64,000 bases of DNA. It comes from a virus. Position 1 is the first letter of the stretch; every line of letters starts with the position of its first letter. The notes beneath the pieces are model-generated. The model was given only the letters and a program-made list of their open reading frames with translations, was not told where the DNA came from and searched no databases. The stretch spans positions 64,001 through 128,000 of the IMG/VR virus record IMGVR_UViG_3300049436_000052. The stretch is one strand, 5' to 3'. Below, piece by piece: positions 59,486 to 64,000 of the stretch. Both the position numbers and the translations under genes were made by a program.

Positions 59486-61078
59486 ATGAGTGAAGGTTTA
59501 GAAAACACGTTAAGTGCCTATTTGGGACATGAATTTCAATTGCGGTTAATGTGGCAATTATTAGTAGAACCAGAATTTGCTGAAAAAACGATACCAAATC
59601 TAGCAATAGAGTATTTTGATGATCCGAATATGAAACGGATGTTTGTTATAATGCTCGAATTCCATAAAGAATATGAAAAAGTTCCAAATCTTCAAAATCA
59701 AACAATTCATCAAGCAATAAACAGATTTAAAACTCCTAATAATTATATTGAAGAAGAAACTTTATTCTCAACGCTAAGAAGAATTGAAAATTGGAATGAA
59801 AGGGTTATTAATGAACAAATGTTGTATGATGGTGATGTAATCCAAAAAGCAACAATAGAATTTATAAAACAACAAGAATATCGTAAACTTGGTGAATTTA
59901 TTCTTGATAAAGTCAAGAGTGGTGAGATGAAAAATAAATTTATCTTAAATAACATAGAAGATAAATTTTTAAAGATTTCGGAAATTGGTAATGAAGACAA
60001 TACATCTGAAGAAGTTATTGAAAACCCTGAAAAAGCACTTAGAAAAGAATTTAGAGAAACAATACCAACAGGTATTGAAGCTATTGATACGCTAACAGGC
60101 GGAGGATTAGCCAAATGCGAGAGAGGTATAATTTTGGCCTCACCTGGAACGGGAAAGACGACTTTGCTAACTAAAATAGCAAACACGGGTTATGAAGTAG
60201 GTAAAAATGTGGCTCAAATAATTATTGAAGATAATATTGACGATATTAAGAGAAAACATTATGCTATTTGGTCTAAAGTTCCTTTATCTAAATTAAGTGA
60301 TGATGATGAAAATAAAGTTGCTATTGATCGTGTTAAGAAAAAAATTGAAATGATCAAAGGTAAAGGTAGATTGGTAATTCAAAAGTTTTCAGAAGAAGGA
60401 ACAACAATGATTGATATCAGAAATTGGATTATTTCTTACCAAAAAAAGCATGGAATGAAATTTGATTTATTAATATTAGATTATTTGGATTGTATTGAAT
60501 CTCATAAAAGAACAGCAGATAAGAACGAAGCAGAATTTAATGTAATTAAATCTTTTGGTGCATTAGGAACAGATTTGAACATCCCTGCATGGACATCGAT
60601 CCAAGGAAATCGTGGAAGTTTTAATGTAGAATTAGTTGAAGCGTTCCAAATGGGTGGTAGTGTTAAGCGATATGAAAAAGCACATTTTTTCATGAGTATT
60701 GGAAAAACGCCTGATCAAAAAGAAGCAAGTTTAGCAAATATTCGAATAATAAAAGCAAGATTTGCAAAAGATGGTCAAACGTTTAAAGATTGTATATTTA
60801 ATAATGATACGCTAGATATTAGAATTGAAGATCAAAGATATAAAAATGGTGGAATTATAAATGGAGTTAAAAGGTATGATGAAAAGGATTTAAATGAATT
60901 AGAAGAACAAAGAAAAAGAATAGTGGAAAAGTCTTCAGATCTAAATATACATAATCATATTAATTTACACTTAGACGATCAAAAAGTAAATAATAATACT
61001 AGTATATTAAGTGAAATTGAGAATAATAATGAATTAATGGATTATATTAAAACTGCTCGTAATGAAATAAAGGATTAG
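59486..61078 (+). CDS. Replicative DnaB-like helicase (T4 gp41-like)
   Basis: IPTGIEAID.LTGGGL, ASPGTGKT, LILDYLD, WTSIQGNR, IIKARF. Confidence 0.92.
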   Translation: MSEGLENTLSAYLGHEFQLRLMWQLLVEPEFAEKTIPNLAIEYFDDPNMKRMFVIMLEFHKEYEKVPNLQNQTIHQAINRFKTPNNYIEEETLFSTLRRIENWNERVINEQMLYDGDVIQKATIEFIKQQEYRKLGEFILDKVKSGEMKNKFILNNIEDKFLKISEIGNEDNTSEEVIENPEKALRKEFRETIPTGIEAIDTLTGGGLAKCERGIILASPGTGKTTLLTKIANTGYEVGKNVAQIIIEDNIDDIKRKHYAIWSKVPLSKLSDDDENKVAIDRVKKKIEMIKGKGRLVIQKFSEEGTTMIDIRNWIISYQKKHGMKFDLLILDYLDCIESHKRTADKNEAEFNVIKSFGALGTDLNIPAWTSIQGNRGSFNVELVEAFQMGGSVKRYEKAHFFMSIGKTPDQKEASLANIRIIKARFAKDGQTFKDCIFNNDTLDIRIEDQRYKNGGIINGVKRYDEKDLNELEEQRKRIVEKSSDLNIHNHINLHLDDQKVNNNTSILSEIENNNELMDYIKTARNEIKD

Positions 61079-61104
61079 TTTTTTTTCTATATGTTTCGTT
61101 TTTT

Positions 61105-61137
61105 AACCTTGTGAGATTATTCTTACAAGGTTTTTTT
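61105..61137 (+). terminator. Intrinsic terminator
   Basis: aaccttgtgaga-ttat-tcttacaagg-ttttttt. Confidence 0.8.
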
Positions 61138-61212
61138 ATTTTTAAATGGTTGTTAATTAAAATTTTTTGTATTTATATTAAAAATAATTACATAAGGTAT
61201 AATTAACAACAC

Positions 61213-62250
61213 ATGTTTTTTGCACGTCCAAGATTATCAAATATATTTTTTAAACAAAATCCTGATGACATTTTTACAATATCTGGTCAAACAAATATTG
61301 CAACAACATCAGGTTTAACATTATCGGATGGAATTGGTGGTAATGTAATAATAACTGCAAGTGGTGCTTCACTATCAACAGTTGGTCAGGTAATGACTTA
61401 TGATGGTAGTAGAATTAGATTAATGCAATCTAGTTTAAGTGGTGATACAAATTTTGCTTGTGGAACAACAGATATAAGAAGATCACCATACACTGGTTTA
61501 AATATGAATGCAACTACTGTTGGTACTTTTCTTGAAAAATTTTTCTTTCCAGATGCACCACCAACATCAAATATATGTTTCACAACTGGTTTATTAGCCA
61601 GACAATTTGGAGATACTAGTTTTATTGGAACAACTAATTTGTGCTGGTCGGTTACAAAATGTACAAATAATATTTGTTTAATTTGCGCAAGTACTGGAGG
61701 TACTGGTTCTTATGATGGTATAATTACTGCAACTGGTGGAAGTCAAAATGGATTATTAAAACATACATATACCCCATCATTAACAGCATGTCCAACAGTT
61801 TCAACAGGATCTACATTAGCAACATATAGAATATTTGCAGAAACAATTTCAGGAGAAACAACAACAGGTACAACATCAATAAATTGGAAGAATAAAGTTT
61901 ATTGGGGTGGAAGTTCAATTAATTATATTGGTGCGTCTAGTGGAGCAACTAATGTTGGTGTTAACTCACTAACTTGTTCAGAATTGGCATCAACTGGAAT
62001 AAAATGTTTCTGTAATTTTTGTGTTGGTAGTGGAAATTTCTTTTATTATACTTATCCAGCAATATTTGGTGTTCCAACTCAAGTAACAGTTAATGGTTTA
62101 CCAAATAATTCTTGGGGTTGCGCATCATTAGGAACGTTGAGTTGTTATAGAAGATGTAATTCAAATGGATATTGTCAGGATTTTATTATAATGAGATCTG
62201 ATAATCAAATAAGTGGTAGTTTTAATATTAATATTACAACAACAATTTAA
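61213..62250 (+). CDS. Thr/Gly/Cys-rich virion protein (fibre/decoration)
   Basis: TATTTAT at 61170; YWG, FYYTYPAIFG; about 15 Cys. Confidence 0.65.
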   Translation: MFFARPRLSNIFFKQNPDDIFTISGQTNIATTSGLTLSDGIGGNVIITASGASLSTVGQVMTYDGSRIRLMQSSLSGDTNFACGTTDIRRSPYTGLNMNATTVGTFLEKFFFPDAPPTSNICFTTGLLARQFGDTSFIGTTNLCWSVTKCTNNICLICASTGGTGSYDGIITATGGSQNGLLKHTYTPSLTACPTVSTGSTLATYRIFAETISGETTTGTTSINWKNKVYWGGSSINYIGASSGATNVGVNSLTCSELASTGIKCFCNFCVGSGNFFYYTYPAIFGVPTQVTVNGLPNNSWGCASLGTLSCYRRCNSNGYCQDFIIMRSDNQISGSFNINITTTI

Positions 62251-62263
62251 AAATATAATATAA

Positions 62264-64000
62264 ATGGCTGAATTTTTTAAAGGAACGGTTTTAGCATCTC
62301 CAATTGTTAATAGTTCATCAGGTGATACATATGGGACACATCATTCTGTATTGGGTGTTGGTGGCTACATGGAGGTTAAAACAACTAATGAACGTGATTC
62401 AATTCCGATGGATTCAATATTTCCAACAATTTATTTTGATGGTATTTCAAGTGGTAGAAGAAGATTAGGAATGCTTGTTCATGTATTGGAAGATGATATA
62501 ATTTATCAATTACATCCAAAAGTTGGTGGTAATTATGTTACTTATAGTACTTGGACAGGATATACAGATACTCAAAAATATACGGCATTATCTGGAAATA
62601 GTGGTTGGTATCCTTTATTTATAACTGGAACTGGATCTACAAATAATGTAGAACAAATTAGTAAAGGATATACCCAAACAACACATGGTTTTGTTAAGGG
62701 CGATGTGGTTGGTTATGATGGTAGTGATTTATTAAAAGTTTCGTCTTTATCAGCAGCAACAATTGAACCAATTGGTTTGGTTAGTGTTAGTGATTATAAT
62801 GGAACTGGTGGGACAAACACAAATATTACTATAACTTATGCTGGTAATATAAACACTAGTGGTATTCTTGATTATAGTGGAGGAACTTTAGTAAATGGAA
62901 GTTTATATTATTTAGCAAGTTCAGGATACACAGGAAAATTAACAACACTCGTACCAACAACACTTAATGAAATTTCAAAACCAATTTTATTGAAATTAAG
63001 CGGAAATACTGGTATCGTATTACAATATAGAGGTACGAGTAAAGCAGATCAAGGCTTAACAATTGGTGAATTTAATCAATATACTGGCAACACTCAATTA
63101 TTTTTAGATAAAACAGTTACAGGTGCAACTAATATTGGATACTTTAGTGGACAAACAGGACTTCAAACTATAACAATATTAACATCAAATACATTATATA
63201 ATGGCGATTATAATTCTCTATATAATTACTATTACAGAGATTCGGGTGGTATTATTAGAATAGGTTCTCCAGATTATCATGGAATTTTAAGACGTGGTTA
63301 TTTGAGTACATTTACACCTAGAAGATCTTGGTTATATAATACATATACTGGTTCAAGTAATCAAATTGGTTGGATATTGGTAGATGGTGATATTAGTCAA
63401 AATGTCGGAAATTTTTTGACTGCAAATAATATTGCTGCAAACGCTGGAACACCTGTTTTTAGTGAAACTGAATGGTGGTATACAGGTGGTACAATGAATG
63501 ATGGATATTACAGTAATAGTGCGGTATCGTTAGATGTTAATGGTAATACATACACAGGAACAACATATGATATTGGTGGACCTGTTTATCGTGATAAAGT
63601 TTTTAAGGAATTAAGATTCAGAACAATTGTTTCAAATAGTCCATCAACAATCAAAGTAACATATAATGATGATTTTATTTTTATTTCTGGTTCAACAAGT
63701 GGGAGTACAGTAAGTGGTGGAACAATAACTGGTGTAACAGGAATAACAAATCTTGGAACAGGATTTGGAATTTACGAAACTATTTCAGATAACACCGTTC
63801 AATTAAACAGTATTATAGGTAGTGGTCAAACAACAATTCAAAAGGTTAATAACACATTAATTGTATATAGTAGTGGTGCTACGGACACTGTGACAGGTGT
63901 TACTAATGTTGGTAATGGTTATGGTATTTTTACTGGTATCACATCAAATAATTTACAATTAAAAACCATTAATGTTAGTGGTTCGTCATTAAGTATAGTT
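62264..64000 (+). CDS. Large Thr/Gly-rich fibre-like virion protein, 3' truncated (not in ORF track)
   Basis: ATG 62264, open to window end; RRRLGMLVHV, QTTHGFVKGDVV...GSLYYL...SKPI, repeated TN(L/V)G.G.GI...N.(V/L)QL units. Confidence 0.8.
   Translation, partial: MAEFFKGTVLASPIVNSSSGDTYGTHHSVLGVGGYMEVKTTNERDSIPMDSIFPTIYFDGISSGRRRLGMLVHVLEDDIIYQLHPKVGGNYVTYSTWTGYTDTQKYTALSGNSGWYPLFITGTGSTNNVEQISKGYTQTTHGFVKGDVVGYDGSDLLKVSSLSAATIEPIGLVSVSDYNGTGGTNTNITITYAGNINTSGILDYSGGTLVNGSLYYLASSGYTGKLTTLVPTTLNEISKPILLKLSGNTGIVLQYRGTSKADQGLTIGEFNQYTGNTQLFLDKTVTGATNIGYFSGQTGLQTITILTSNTLYNGDYNSLYNYYYRDSGGIIRIGSPDYHGILRRGYLSTFTPRRSWLYNTYTGSSNQIGWILVDGDISQNVGNFLTANNIAANAGTPVFSETEWWYTGGTMNDGYYSNSAVSLDVNGNTYTGTTYDIGGPVYRDKVFKELRFRTIVSNSPSTIKVTYNDDFIFISGSTSGSTVSGGTITGVTGITNLGTGFGIYETISDNTVQLNSIIGSGQTTIQKVNNTLIVYSSGATDTVTGVTNVGNGYGIFTGITSNNLQLKTINVSGSSLSIV

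Noticed and set aside
52943-61078. Inteins or introns in uvsX or the helicase
   Set aside because: Lengths are normal, frames are uninterrupted, and no C...HN splice motifs are present.
1-64000. Genome-wide TAG recoding (code 15)
   Set aside because: Code 11 gives intact 800-1100 aa ORFs and near-complete coding density. Several genes end naturally at TAG, and only one internal TAG was found.
61213-64000. Diversity-generating retroelement acting on fibres
   Set aside because: No reverse transcriptase or TR/VR pair was seen in the window.
1-64000. tRNA or rRNA genes
   Set aside because: No cloverleaf or GC-rich structured gene was recognised in the intergenic gaps; tRNAscan was not run.

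Overview
AT-rich, densely coding segment of a large T4-like myovirus (jumbo-phage style). The host is probably a Bacteroidetes member, because TAnnTTTG promoters precede early and replication genes and start codons have A-rich leaders with no Shine-Dalgarno. Order of contents: tail sheath (5' truncated) and tail tube interleaved with two free-standing homing endonucleases; a minus-strand baseplate/gp55-like sigma/glycosyltransferase block; a gp26/gp51-like chaperone pair joined by a -1 slippery site; a 6 kb island of small minus-strand ORFs; tape measure; a non-coding region with 8 x 13-bp repeats; baseplate genes; a ~15 kb glycan synthesis/modification cluster (many GTs, methyltransferases, DegT-acyltransferase-ACP-ligase-reductase); probable internal head proteins; SSB, UvsX, RNase H, DNA methylase, helicase; and fibre-like virion genes (3' truncated). 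Strongest leads: (1) an integron-attC-like chain of interlocking inverted repeats at 15.65-17.15 kb whose GTT crossover points fall inside ORFs; (2) unrelated effector domains (GNAT, ART-like, HExxH, DUF5661) fused to shared N-terminal leaders ending in L/I-N-E; (3) a recurrent [ST]-G-x-[ST] motif in virion proteins alongside the glycosylation cluster; (4) GC3-rich recoded patches at conserved motifs of core genes. All family calls come from motif recognition by eye; no searches were run.
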